From: Betaproteobacteria bacterium
GTDB lineage: Bacteria > Pseudomonadota > Gammaproteobacteria > Burkholderiales > SG8-39
Assembly: GCA_009693335.1 (NCBI GenBank)
Contig: SHXK01000001.1
Span: forward strand, 1,246 to 65,245
Direction: 5' to 3'
Length of the DNA stretch: 64,000 bases
The translations under genes and the position numbers were made by a program. Each line of letters opens with the position of its first letter. Position 1 is the first letter of the stretch. Positions 40,111-48,503 of the stretch are shown piece after piece. The notes under the pieces were generated by a model. That model made no database searches. It was not told the DNA's origin and saw only the letters and a program-made list of their open reading frames with translations.

Positions 40111-41069
40111 TGCAACGGTTCATTGTTTGCCTTTTTTTAGCGGTGTTTGCAGGGGCAGAGGCACATGCACAAGCCTTCCCATCCCGCCCACTCCGTCTGG
40201 TGGTGGGCTTCGCCCCCGGCGGCGGCGTGGATATCAACGCGCGCCTGCTGGCGCCCAGACTGGCCGAGTACCTGGGCCAGCAGGTGGTGGTGGAGAACAA
40301 GCCCGGCGCCGGCACCAACATCGCCAACGAGTTGGTCGCCAGGAGCCCGGCCGACGGCCATACGCTGCTTATCAACACCGCCGCAGTAGTGATCAACATG
40401 TCGCTGTACCGCAAGCTGCCGTTCGACACCCTGCGCGATTTCGCGCCGGTGTCGGTATTTTCCGAGAGCCCGAACGTGCTGGTGGTAAACGCCAAGCTGC
40501 CGGTCAGCAGCCTGAAAGACCTGATCGAACTGGCGCGCCAGTCGCCCGGCAAGCTGAATTTTTCTTCCGCAGGCGTCGGTACCACCCAGCATCTGTCGGC
40601 CGAGCTGCTCAAGCTGCGCACCAAGACTTTCATCGTGCACATCCCTTATAAGGGCAGCGCGCCCTCGCTCACCGGATTGATCGCAGGCGAAGTGGACCTC
40701 AGCTTCGCCAACATCCCGGCGATCCAGGCGTACGTGAAATCCGGGCGCCTGCGCGCGCTCGCCACCACCGGCTCGAAGCGCGACCCCCAGCTCCCCGAAG
40801 TGCCGACGATGAAAGAAGCGGGCGTCGAGGGGCTCGATGTCACCGTGTGGTACGGCGTGCTGGCACCGGCAGCGACACCGCGCGACATCGTGCAAACCAT
40901 CGCGGCGGCGGTGACGCGAGCGACGCGCGACCCCGACACGCGCAGGCGCATGCTGGAACAAGGCGCCGATCCGATCGGCAGCACACCCGAGGAATTCGGC
41001 AAGCTGCTGCGCGAAGAAATGACGCGCTGGGCAGAGGTGGTGAAGGTTTCCGGCGCAAGCGCCGACTAG
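40110..41069 (+). CDS. Bug/TctC family periplasmic solute-binding protein
   Basis: Start at [21 protein letters not shown] (ATG at 40110, TAATG overlap with the htpG stop). FPSRPLRLVVGFAPGGGVD and NKPGAGTNIA motifs are present. Confidence 0.9.
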   Translation: MQRFIVCLFLAVFAGAEAHAQAFPSRPLRLVVGFAPGGGVDINARLLAPRLAEYLGQQVVVENKPGAGTNIANELVARSPADGHTLLINTAAVVINMSLYRKLPFDTLRDFAPVSVFSESPNVLVVNAKLPVSSLKDLIELARQSPGKLNFSSAGVGTTQHLSAELLKLRTKTFIVHIPYKGSAPSLTGLIAGEVDLSFANIPAIQAYVKSGRLRALATTGSKRDPQLPEVPTMKEAGVEGLDVTVWYGVLAPAATPRDIVQTIAAAVTRATRDPDTRRRMLEQGADPIGSTPEEFGKLLREEMTRWAEVVKVSGASAD

Positions 41070-41992
41070 CGCGCTTCGTCCTTCTTCTTCCCCGCGCTCT
41101 CGGCCGGCGCAGAGCTTGCTGCTCCCACTGCCGCCACCACCTTGGCCAGCACCGGGAAATACGCCTTGCCGTAGCCAGCACGGATCGCTTTCTTGATGGT
41201 TTCCTTGGCGTTGTCGGCACCGTGCAGGAATAAGCCCGCCTCCTCGCTCAAGCGCAGCGCATAGCGGATATCCTTCAGCGCATACTCCGAGGAGAAGGCT
41301 TGCTCGGGAAACTCGTTCTTCAGCATAGCTTTCATGCCGTGATGGCGCAGCGCGAAGCTGTCGGCCGAACCCTTGGCAAGCACGTTGAAAGCGAGCTGCG
41401 GATCGAGACCCACATGCTGGATCAGCGCCAGCGCCTCGGCCAGCGCCACCACATTCTGGAACAGCACCATATTGTTGATGAGCTTCATCGCCTGGCCGGC
41501 GCCCACCTCACCGCAGTGGCTGATGTCGGTGGCGACACACTCGAGCAGCGGCTTGATGCGCTTAAACACCTGTTCCGGGCCACCCACCATCACTGCCAAA
41601 GTGCCGTCCTTCGCCGCTTCACGTGTGCGCGCGACCGGCGCGTCGGCGAACTGAATACCGCGCGCGAGGAAGCGCTGGTTCAGGTCACGCGCCAGGTTTA
41701 CCGGCGTGGTGCTGAAATCCACCACCAGGCCACCGGGCTTGAGGTGCGTCAGCAGGCTGCCCACGCCCAGGCAGACCGCGTTGACCTGCGGCCCGCCCGG
41801 CAACGACAGGAACACGATGTCGGCGTGCTCGGCGACGTCGCGCACCGACTCCGCCGGCGTCACGGCGGACTGGTCCATATTCGCCAGCGCATCCAGATCG
41901 GTATCGAAAGCGCGCACTTCCTGGCCCGACTTGGCCGCAAGATTGCGGCACATCGGCGCCCCCATCACGCCCAGGCCAATAAATCCCAGCAT
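41066..41992 (-). CDS. NAD(P)-dependent beta-hydroxyacid dehydrogenase (3-hydroxyisobutyrate dehydrogenase family)
   Basis: Real start is MLGFIGLGVMGAPMCRNL (ATG at 41992, 1-nt overlap with the upstream stop, GGAG upstream). GEVGAGQAMKLINN matches the HIBADH family. Confidence 0.88.
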   Translation of the reverse strand: MLGFIGLGVMGAPMCRNLAAKSGQEVRAFDTDLDALANMDQSAVTPAESVRDVAEHADIVFLSLPGGPQVNAVCLGVGSLLTHLKPGGLVVDFSTTPVNLARDLNQRFLARGIQFADAPVARTREAAKDGTLAVMVGGPEQVFKRIKPLLECVATDISHCGEVGAGQAMKLINNMVLFQNVVALAEALALIQHVGLDPQLAFNVLAKGSADSFALRHHGMKAMLKNEFPEQAFSSEYALKDIRYALRLSEEAGLFLHGADNAKETIKKAIRAGYGKAYFPVLAKVVAAVGAASSAPAESAGKKKDEAR

Positions 41993-44001
41993 CACTCCTC
42001 CTTCATCACCACCAGCGCGTCCACCGCCACCACCCCGTCGTGCTTGACGATCACCGGGTTTGCCTCCGCTTCGCGCACCGGCCGCCCCGCACACAGCGCC
42101 AGTCGCGATAAGGCCGCCAACGCCCGCGCCAGCGCTTTCAGATCGCCTGGCGGCAGGCCACGGTAGCCGCGCAGGACCGCGAACCCCTTCACTTGCTCGA
42201 TCATCTCCAGCGCTGCGGCCTCATCGACCGGGGCCAAACGCAACACCACGTCATTGTAGAGTTCCGCGAGAATTCCGCCCGCGCCCACCATCGCCAGCGG
42301 CCCGACCAGCGGATCGTCACGGTAGCCGATGATCGCCTCGGCCAGGCCGACTTCCATGCGCTGGACCAGGAGCGATGCGCTCTTTTTAGCCAACGATTTT
42401 GCTTGTCTTTCGAATTCCTGGCGGGAAGCGACAGCCAAAATAACCCCGCCCACTTCCGATTTGTGCGCCACCTCGGCGGAAAGAATCTTCAATGCGATCG
42501 GATAGGGCAGGGCATGCGCGTAGTCCGGCGCGTGGGCAAGCGCAGCTTCGACCACCGGGACACCGAGCGCGGCAAAGAGTTTGAGCGCCTCGAACTCCGT
42601 GAGTTTTCCTTTTGCAGGTATCTCTGTGGGCCACTCGACGGATCGTTCTCCGTCGGTCCGCCTAGGAGATCGCCATGCAAAGAACGCGTGAAAAGCATCC
42701 GCGCAGGCTTCTGGCGTCCTGAAAGCGGCCACCCCCGCCTGGGCCAGCAGCGCGAGCGACTGATCCGCGTGCGGCGTCAGAAATACGGCCAGCGGCTTGG
42801 CGGAGTGCTTGGCCCCGGACTTTGCTTCCAGGATGGGACCGATGGCGAGTTGCGGATGAAATTGGGCGGATGAGCCCACCACCGCCAGCACTGCGTCGCA
42901 GCCGGGAAATTCGAGCAGTTCCTGGAGCACCGCGCCATAGGTGGCGCTCTTTTTGCCCATGGTCAGGTCCACGATAGGCGCGTCCGAGCCGGGCGTCACG
43001 GTTTCGATGCCGCGCGTGCCGAGGCGATCCACCACGCTGGCGGCGCCCCCCCCGGTGGTCGTCACCACGGCCACGCGCGGACTGCGCCGCAGCTGTCCCG
43101 TATGCTCCGGTCCCGCATACTCCGGCGGCGAGTGACCTGCCAGCAGCGGCCCGATTTCGATCAGGGTCTCCAGCATGTCGACGCGGAGGATGCCGCAATC
43201 GCGGAAATAGGCATCCAGCGCCGCGTCTTCGCCGGCCAGAGCCCCGGTATGCGAACGCGCGAGGCGTTGGCCCAGCTGCGAGCGACCGAGCTTGTAGGCG
43301 ACCACCGGCTTGCCTGCGGCGTGCGCCGCACGCGCGCCGGCGGCGAGCCGCGCCGCATCGCGCACCGTCTCCAGGAACAGCAGGATCAAGCGCGTTTGCG
43401 GATCCGCAGCGAGCAGCTCGACCAGTTCGCCCACCCCCAAGTCAGCCTCGTTGCCGACCGACACCAGTTTGGAAAAACCCAGGCCGCGCGCCGCCCCGCG
43501 CGAGAGCACCGTACCCAGCATAGTGCCGCTTTGCGACACCATGCTGGTGGCACCCGCGGGCAGCACAGCCATTTCCAGAACCGCGTTCACGCTCAGCGCC
43601 ACGCGCTCCGTGAGGTTGATCATTCCCATGCTGTTGGGCCCCAGCAGGCGCACTCCAAGCTCGCGCGCCCGTGCCACCAGCCTTGCCTGGCGCGCCAGGC
43701 CCTGGGCCCCGACATCGGCAAAACCGTCGCTGAACACGCTGACCACCGGGACGCCTTTCCTGCCGCAGTCCTCCAGCGCGCCCTCGACATCCTCGACCAT
43801 GATGAAGGCGTGATCGATTTCGCCGGCAACTGCGGTGAGGCTTGGATAGGCTTTTTCACCCAGGACTTCCTGGCGAGTGGCGTTGATCGGGAAAATGCTT
43901 CCCGTAAAACCATGCTGGCGCAGGTAGCGTTGCGGCCGGGCCGTGTTCTTCGAGGCATCGCCCGATGCGCCGACGAGGGCCACCGAGCGGGGCGCGAACA
44001 A
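41992..44001 (-). CDS. ADP-forming acyl-CoA synthetase (acetate--CoA ligase family; CoA-binding, succinyl-CoA-synthetase-like and ATP-grasp domains)
   Basis: 669-aa ORF. The N-terminal RSVALVGASGDASKNTARP is a CoA-binding domain, and a C-terminal ATP-grasp region follows. Confidence 0.85.
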   Translation of the reverse strand: MFAPRSVALVGASGDASKNTARPQRYLRQHGFTGSIFPINATRQEVLGEKAYPSLTAVAGEIDHAFIMVEDVEGALEDCGRKGVPVVSVFSDGFADVGAQGLARQARLVARARELGVRLLGPNSMGMINLTERVALSVNAVLEMAVLPAGATSMVSQSGTMLGTVLSRGAARGLGFSKLVSVGNEADLGVGELVELLAADPQTRLILLFLETVRDAARLAAGARAAHAAGKPVVAYKLGRSQLGQRLARSHTGALAGEDAALDAYFRDCGILRVDMLETLIEIGPLLAGHSPPEYAGPEHTGQLRRSPRVAVVTTTGGGAASVVDRLGTRGIETVTPGSDAPIVDLTMGKKSATYGAVLQELLEFPGCDAVLAVVGSSAQFHPQLAIGPILEAKSGAKHSAKPLAVFLTPHADQSLALLAQAGVAAFRTPEACADAFHAFFAWRSPRRTDGERSVEWPTEIPAKGKLTEFEALKLFAALGVPVVEAALAHAPDYAHALPYPIALKILSAEVAHKSEVGGVILAVASRQEFERQAKSLAKKSASLLVQRMEVGLAEAIIGYRDDPLVGPLAMVGAGGILAELYNDVVLRLAPVDEAAALEMIEQVKGFAVLRGYRGLPPGDLKALARALAALSRLALCAGRPVREAEANPVIVKHDGVVAVDALVVMKEE

Positions 44002-44015
44002 AGCTTGTGGAAGAC

Positions 44016-45344
44016 TTATGCTGGGATTTCTTTTAATTGTTCAAGCTTCCACAAACGTTGAAGAAGTTCCTCTGCGCGACCCTGGCCAATTACCGGCACC
44101 GCCAGCTCGAGATACTTTTCCTCCAGCTGCGCATCCGACAGCGGCGCGTCCGGATCGCCCACGCGCGTCGGCTGCAGGAACTCCTCTTGCCGACCGTCGT
44201 GTGCCACAAAGGCCACACGCGCCGCGCGTTGCTGTGGAAATGCGGCGTCCAGCTCGGGGTCGATGGCGACCTCGATGCGCGCCATCAGGTCCCGCGTGGC
44301 CGGGTCGTTGATCCGCGCCGGCTCGAATGCCGCCAAGCGCACACTGCCGTGCGTGAGCGCGGTGGCGACAACGTACTTGAGCGAGAAGCGCGCTTGCGCC
44401 GCGGTCTGCGGCGATTCGTAGCCCGACACCTCTTTGGCGGCGCGGTAGCTGCCAACGCGGATGCGCTCGATCTCGCGCGCCGCGATCTGCATACGCTGCT
44501 GCAGGGCCAGTGCGCCGTCGATCGCCGCGAAAGTGTGGCCGCAGCAGCCATGGTTCTTGAAGGTCATGCGCGTGATGTAAAAATCCTTGCCCAGGGTGCT
44601 TAGTCCCTGGCCCCAGTCCGGGTTGTCCGACATGGCGACGCCGTAACCGGCCTCGCCCTCGATCACATCCAGGGAACCGGTGACACCCTCGCGTGCGGCG
44701 AGCGCCGCGGTGACACCCGCTTCCGCGGCGCGCCCCGCGTGCAACGGCTTGGACATCGAGTCCATGCGGAACGACTGCTGCAGGCCCGCGGAAAACGTGG
44801 TCACTGTGGCCAGCGCATGAGCGAAACGCTGGCGCTCCAGCCCCAACAGTTCGGCCGCCGCAGCGCAAGCACCGAAAACGCCGATGGTGCCGGTGTTATG
44901 CCAGTACTTGTAGTGCGCGCGCCCCATCGTCGCGCCGATGCGCGTCGAAATCTCATAACCGACGATCACTGCACGCAGGAACTGCTCGCCGCTGGCGCCA
45001 TGCGCCTGCGCCAGCGCCAGCGCCGCCGCGATGGTCGGCGCACCGGGGTGATAAATGCCGTCGCGGAAGATGTCGTCCATCTCGACCGTGTGCGCAGCAG
45101 TGCCGTTGATCAGCGCCGCCGCGCGCACAGTGGCGCTACGACCGAGCGCCAGTTTGGCTTTTCCCTGATCCAGCTCTTCTTTTAAAGCAGTTTCAAGCAG
45201 CGTGGCAGGAGCGACCAGCGCGCCCGGCAACAGCGCCGCGTACCAGTCGATCACCGCACGCTTGGTATGGTGCAGCACCTCCGCCGCGATCGGCATGCCT
45301 CGGTACTCCTCCGCCCAGGCGGCGAACTTCTCTACGACATGCAT
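44016..45344 (-). CDS. MmgE/PrpD family protein (2-methylcitrate dehydratase-like)
   Basis: 442-aa ORF. Length and conserved segments (DDIFRDGIYHPGAP, KPLHAGRAAE, FKNHGCCGHT) match the MmgE/PrpD family. Confidence 0.85.
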   Translation of the reverse strand: MHVVEKFAAWAEEYRGMPIAAEVLHHTKRAVIDWYAALLPGALVAPATLLETALKEELDQGKAKLALGRSATVRAAALINGTAAHTVEMDDIFRDGIYHPGAPTIAAALALAQAHGASGEQFLRAVIVGYEISTRIGATMGRAHYKYWHNTGTIGVFGACAAAAELLGLERQRFAHALATVTTFSAGLQQSFRMDSMSKPLHAGRAAEAGVTAALAAREGVTGSLDVIEGEAGYGVAMSDNPDWGQGLSTLGKDFYITRMTFKNHGCCGHTFAAIDGALALQQRMQIAAREIERIRVGSYRAAKEVSGYESPQTAAQARFSLKYVVATALTHGSVRLAAFEPARINDPATRDLMARIEVAIDPELDAAFPQQRAARVAFVAHDGRQEEFLQPTRVGDPDAPLSDAQLEEKYLELAVPVIGQGRAEELLQRLWKLEQLKEIPA

Positions 45345-45347
45345 CCG

Positions 45348-46199
45348 CTAATTCTTGTACGAGGAATCAAGGCGATCGGCCAGACGCCGCATCGCGGGCC
45401 ACTCCAACAGACCGTAGGACCGGCGCGTGCCCGGCCGGTACATGTGGTTGGTCTTCTCGATCACCGCAAACGAGGGCAGCAGGATCTCATCAGCGCTGTT
45501 TTGCGCCATCAACTGCGAGCGGCAGGCTCGCTCGAGGCGGTAGATGTTGTTGAAGGCTTCCGCCACCGTTTTGCCGACCGCCAGCAGGCCGTGGTTGCGC
45601 AACAGCATCACGTCGCAATCACCGAGATTGGCGATCAGGCGCGCTTTCTCTCCCTCCTCCAGCACCACCCCCTCGTAATCGTGGTAAGCGACCTTGTCGA
45701 AGCGCATCGCGGTCTGCGTCATCGGCAACAGGCCTTTTTTCAGCGAGGCGACCGCCATCCCGGCGAGCGAGTGTGTATGGATGACGCAATGCAGTTCGGG
45801 ACTGGCCTGGTGGATTGCGCTGTGGATCACGTAACCCGCCGGGTTGAATTTATAGCCCAGGCCCTGCGGAAAATCGGGTTGCCAAATCACTTTGCCCGAA
45901 AGATCCACCTTGATCAGCGCCGAGGCGCAGATCTCGTCGTAGGTCAGGCCGAAGGGATTGAGCAGGAACTCTTCAGTACCGGCGATGCGCGCCGAGATGT
46001 GGTTGTAGATCAAGTCGTCCATCTCGAAATGGCGCACCAGGCGATAGGCGCAGGCGCAATCCACACGCGCCGCCCACTCCGCGGCGCTTACTGTGCCCTT
46101 CAGGGACTTGAAACGCAGCGGCGGGTAGTCCTGGTCCGGAGTCAGCTCCGGATAGGCACTGCGAAGATCAGCCAGCTGCGCGGCGGCCTTAGTCTTCAT
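45348..46199 (-). CDS. Class II aldolase/adducin family protein
   Basis: 283-aa ORF with the metal-binding segment VIHTHSLAGMAVASL, typical of the class II aldolase/adducin head domain. Confidence 0.85.
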   Translation of the reverse strand: MKTKAAAQLADLRSAYPELTPDQDYPPLRFKSLKGTVSAAEWAARVDCACAYRLVRHFEMDDLIYNHISARIAGTEEFLLNPFGLTYDEICASALIKVDLSGKVIWQPDFPQGLGYKFNPAGYVIHSAIHQASPELHCVIHTHSLAGMAVASLKKGLLPMTQTAMRFDKVAYHDYEGVVLEEGEKARLIANLGDCDVMLLRNHGLLAVGKTVAEAFNNIYRLERACRSQLMAQNSADEILLPSFAVIEKTNHMYRPGTRRSYGLLEWPAMRRLADRLDSSYKN

Positions 46200-46962
46200 C
46201 CCAGGCTTTCTCGGGCAGCGGCAGTCCGGCCAAGTCCGCTGCAGTAAGCCCGCGGTCGGGCTCTATATTCAGCTCTTCCAGGATCAACATCAGTTGGCGC
46301 GTGTGTTGCGCCGGGTGCCAGACGGTGCGCTCCAGCACCACGTGTACCGGATGCAGGCCGAAATAGGTGTCCATCATGCGCTGGCAGCTAGGGTCCGGAT
46401 AGGCTTGCCACCACTGCATGGCGCGCGCCAGCACCTCTTCGCCGTAGCGCGCGATGTCCTCCGCGGTTCGTATCGAAGGCGAGGCGTCTTCCATGATGCG
46501 CTCATAGGTCAGCTGGCCGCCATCCTGCATCGATTCCAGGAAGCCCTCGACAATGCGGAACACGTGGCGTGCGAGCACGTGGATCGGCCGGTTGCGGTTG
46601 CGGAACGGCTGTTCGAGCGTAGCGGTGGGAATTTGCCGCACATAGCGCGCCGCAGCGCCCAGAATCAGCGCCATTTTCTGCATCAAGGCTTCGGGGCTGA
46701 GCCGCTCCTGCTGGCAAACGTTCAGGCCGAGGAACTTGATGACATCACCGATGGTCTGGGCGAAAACGAATTCGCCGCCGCGCGCCACGATCGGCACGCT
46801 ACGCGCCCCGAGCTTGCGCAACTCCTCCATGCCGGCCTCGTTGCCGTGCACATTGATCGACTCGTAGTCGACGCCCTGCCTGGTGAGAAATTCCTTGGTC
46901 CTCAGGCAACTGGTGCAGCCGGGCTGCCAGAACACCCTGACTCTCTCGCTCGCGAGCGTCAT
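46189..46962 (-). CDS. Glutaredoxin-like domain fused to DinB-family domain protein
   Basis: Start at MTLASERVRVFWQPGCTSCLRTKEFL (ATG at 46962, 10 nt after the Bug stop). The N-terminal Grx fold has a CTSC active site. The C-terminal ~170 aa have DinB-type His-rich helices (HVLARHVFRI, WHPAQHTRQL). Confidence 0.72.
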   Translation of the reverse strand: MTLASERVRVFWQPGCTSCLRTKEFLTRQGVDYESINVHGNEAGMEELRKLGARSVPIVARGGEFVFAQTIGDVIKFLGLNVCQQERLSPEALMQKMALILGAAARYVRQIPTATLEQPFRNRNRPIHVLARHVFRIVEGFLESMQDGGQLTYERIMEDASPSIRTAEDIARYGEEVLARAMQWWQAYPDPSCQRMMDTYFGLHPVHVVLERTVWHPAQHTRQLMLILEELNIEPDRGLTAADLAGLPLPEKAWDED

Positions 46963-46972
46963 GGTTCCGCGA

Positions 46973-47941
46973 TCAGTCCAGCTTGATGCCGAGACGCTTA
47001 CCGACATCGCCCCACTTATCCATGTCCGAGCGGATCAGCGCGCCGAATTGCTCCGGCGGGCCGCCGGCTGGGTCCATGCCCTGTTCGAGCAAATTGCGCC
47101 GGACCTCGGCAAGCTCGAGCACGGCGCGAATTTCCCTGTTGAGCAGCATCACGATGGGGAGCGGCGTTCTGGCCGGCGCCAGCATTCCCCACCAGCCTGT
47201 CACCTCGAACCCCGGCAATCCGGACTCATGGATGGTCGGGACCTCCGGCAACACCGCCGACCTTTGCAGCCCGCCGATGCCGATGGCGCGCAGCTTGCCC
47301 ACTTTCGCATGCGGCATGCCCACGGTCATCGGCGTAAAGGACAACTGGACATCGTTGGCGAGCTGCCCCAGGACGGCCGGGGCGATACCCTTGTATGGGA
47401 TGTGCGTCATCTGGATGCCCGCCATCGACATCAGCAGCTCGGTGGCGAGGTGCGGCGAACTGCCGAGCCCCGATGAACCATAATTGAGCTTGTCGGGATT
47501 CGCCTTCGCGTAGGCGATGAACTCCCTCACGTCGCGCGCCGGAACCGACGGGTGGACGTAGAGCACCAGCGGCGAAGTCGTGGCCAGCGCGACCGGCGCA
47601 AAATCGCGGATCGGGTCGTAGGGCAGTTTGCTGAACAGCTTCGCGCTGCTCGCGAGCGACGAAAACGCGAACAGCAGAGTGTGGCCGTCGGGCTGCGCCT
47701 TGGCCACCAGATCGGCGCCGATGATGCCGGAGCCCGCCGGTCGGTTATCGACGATAAAACCCTGTCCGAGCCGCTCGCTCAGGCGCTGCGCCAGGATCCG
47801 CCCGACAATGTCGGTGCCGCCCCCGGGGGCGAACGGCACGACAATGCGCACCGCTCGCGTCGGGTACTCGTCTGCGCCGCCCGCGGGCAACGCAGCGAAA
47901 ACGAGGGCGGCGGCGGCCGCGCGTAGCGCCTGTATCAGCAT
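46973..47941 (-). CDS. Bug/TctC family periplasmic solute-binding protein
   Basis: Real start is MLIQALRAAAAALVFAALPAGGA (ATG at 47941) within the 342-aa track ORF. YPTRAVRIVVPFAPGGGTD and NRPAGSGIIG motifs are present. Confidence 0.9.
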   Translation of the reverse strand: MLIQALRAAAAALVFAALPAGGADEYPTRAVRIVVPFAPGGGTDIVGRILAQRLSERLGQGFIVDNRPAGSGIIGADLVAKAQPDGHTLLFAFSSLASSAKLFSKLPYDPIRDFAPVALATTSPLVLYVHPSVPARDVREFIAYAKANPDKLNYGSSGLGSSPHLATELLMSMAGIQMTHIPYKGIAPAVLGQLANDVQLSFTPMTVGMPHAKVGKLRAIGIGGLQRSAVLPEVPTIHESGLPGFEVTGWWGMLAPARTPLPIVMLLNREIRAVLELAEVRRNLLEQGMDPAGGPPEQFGALIRSDMDKWGDVGKRLGIKLD

Positions 47942-47994
47942 GCGGCAATAGTATAGAGTGAAATGTTTCCAGCAATGAAGGAATCCCGCTCGCC

Positions 47995-48390
47995 ATGGCA
48001 ATCGGTCTGGTCGATCACTTCAACATCGTCATCGCACCCTCCCAGGTGGAGGAGACGCTGAAGTTCTATCGAGAGGTGCTCGGCCTGGAGGAAGGCTTCC
48101 GACCGAATTTCGGCCGACCCGGCTGGTGGCTCTACGCCGGGAATCATCCGGTGCTGCACATCAGCCTCAAGGAAAACATCGCGCCGACCCTGGGCAGCAC
48201 CGGGAGCTTCGACCATATTGCGCTCAACGCCACCGGCTGGGCCGGGATGAAGGCCAAGCTGCAGCGCCTGGGCATTGCCTACGAAGAGCAGCTGGTGAGC
48301 GACAACACGGCGCTACAGATCTTCTTCCACGATAGCAACGGCCTCAGGATCGAGCTGGACTACAAACTGGACGAGGTCGAAACAGATTGA
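47995..48390 (+). CDS. VOC (glyoxalase/dioxygenase) family protein
   Basis: 131-aa ORF; LVDHFNIVIA, FDHIAL and FFHDSNG segments match the VOC fold. Confidence 0.75.
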   Translation: MAIGLVDHFNIVIAPSQVEETLKFYREVLGLEEGFRPNFGRPGWWLYAGNHPVLHISLKENIAPTLGSTGSFDHIALNATGWAGMKAKLQRLGIAYEEQLVSDNTALQIFFHDSNGLRIELDYKLDEVETD

Positions 48391-48439
48391 GGCGCGAACG
48401 TGCGCACCGCTTGCCGATCCATTGCGGGCGATGCCGCAG

Positions 48440-48502
48440 CTAACGCACGGGTGCGTTCCACTAACGCACGGGTGCGTTCCACTAACGCACGGGTGCGTTC
48501 CA
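48440..48502. repeat. Tandem repeat, 3 identical copies of a 21-bp hairpin unit CTAACGCACGGGTGCGTTCCA
   Basis: Read directly: units at 48440-48460, 48461-48481 and 48482-48502. Each contains the inverted repeat AACGCA(C)/(G)TGCGTT. The array lies between the convergent stops at 48390 and 48504. Confidence 0.95.
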
Positions 48503-48503
48503 G

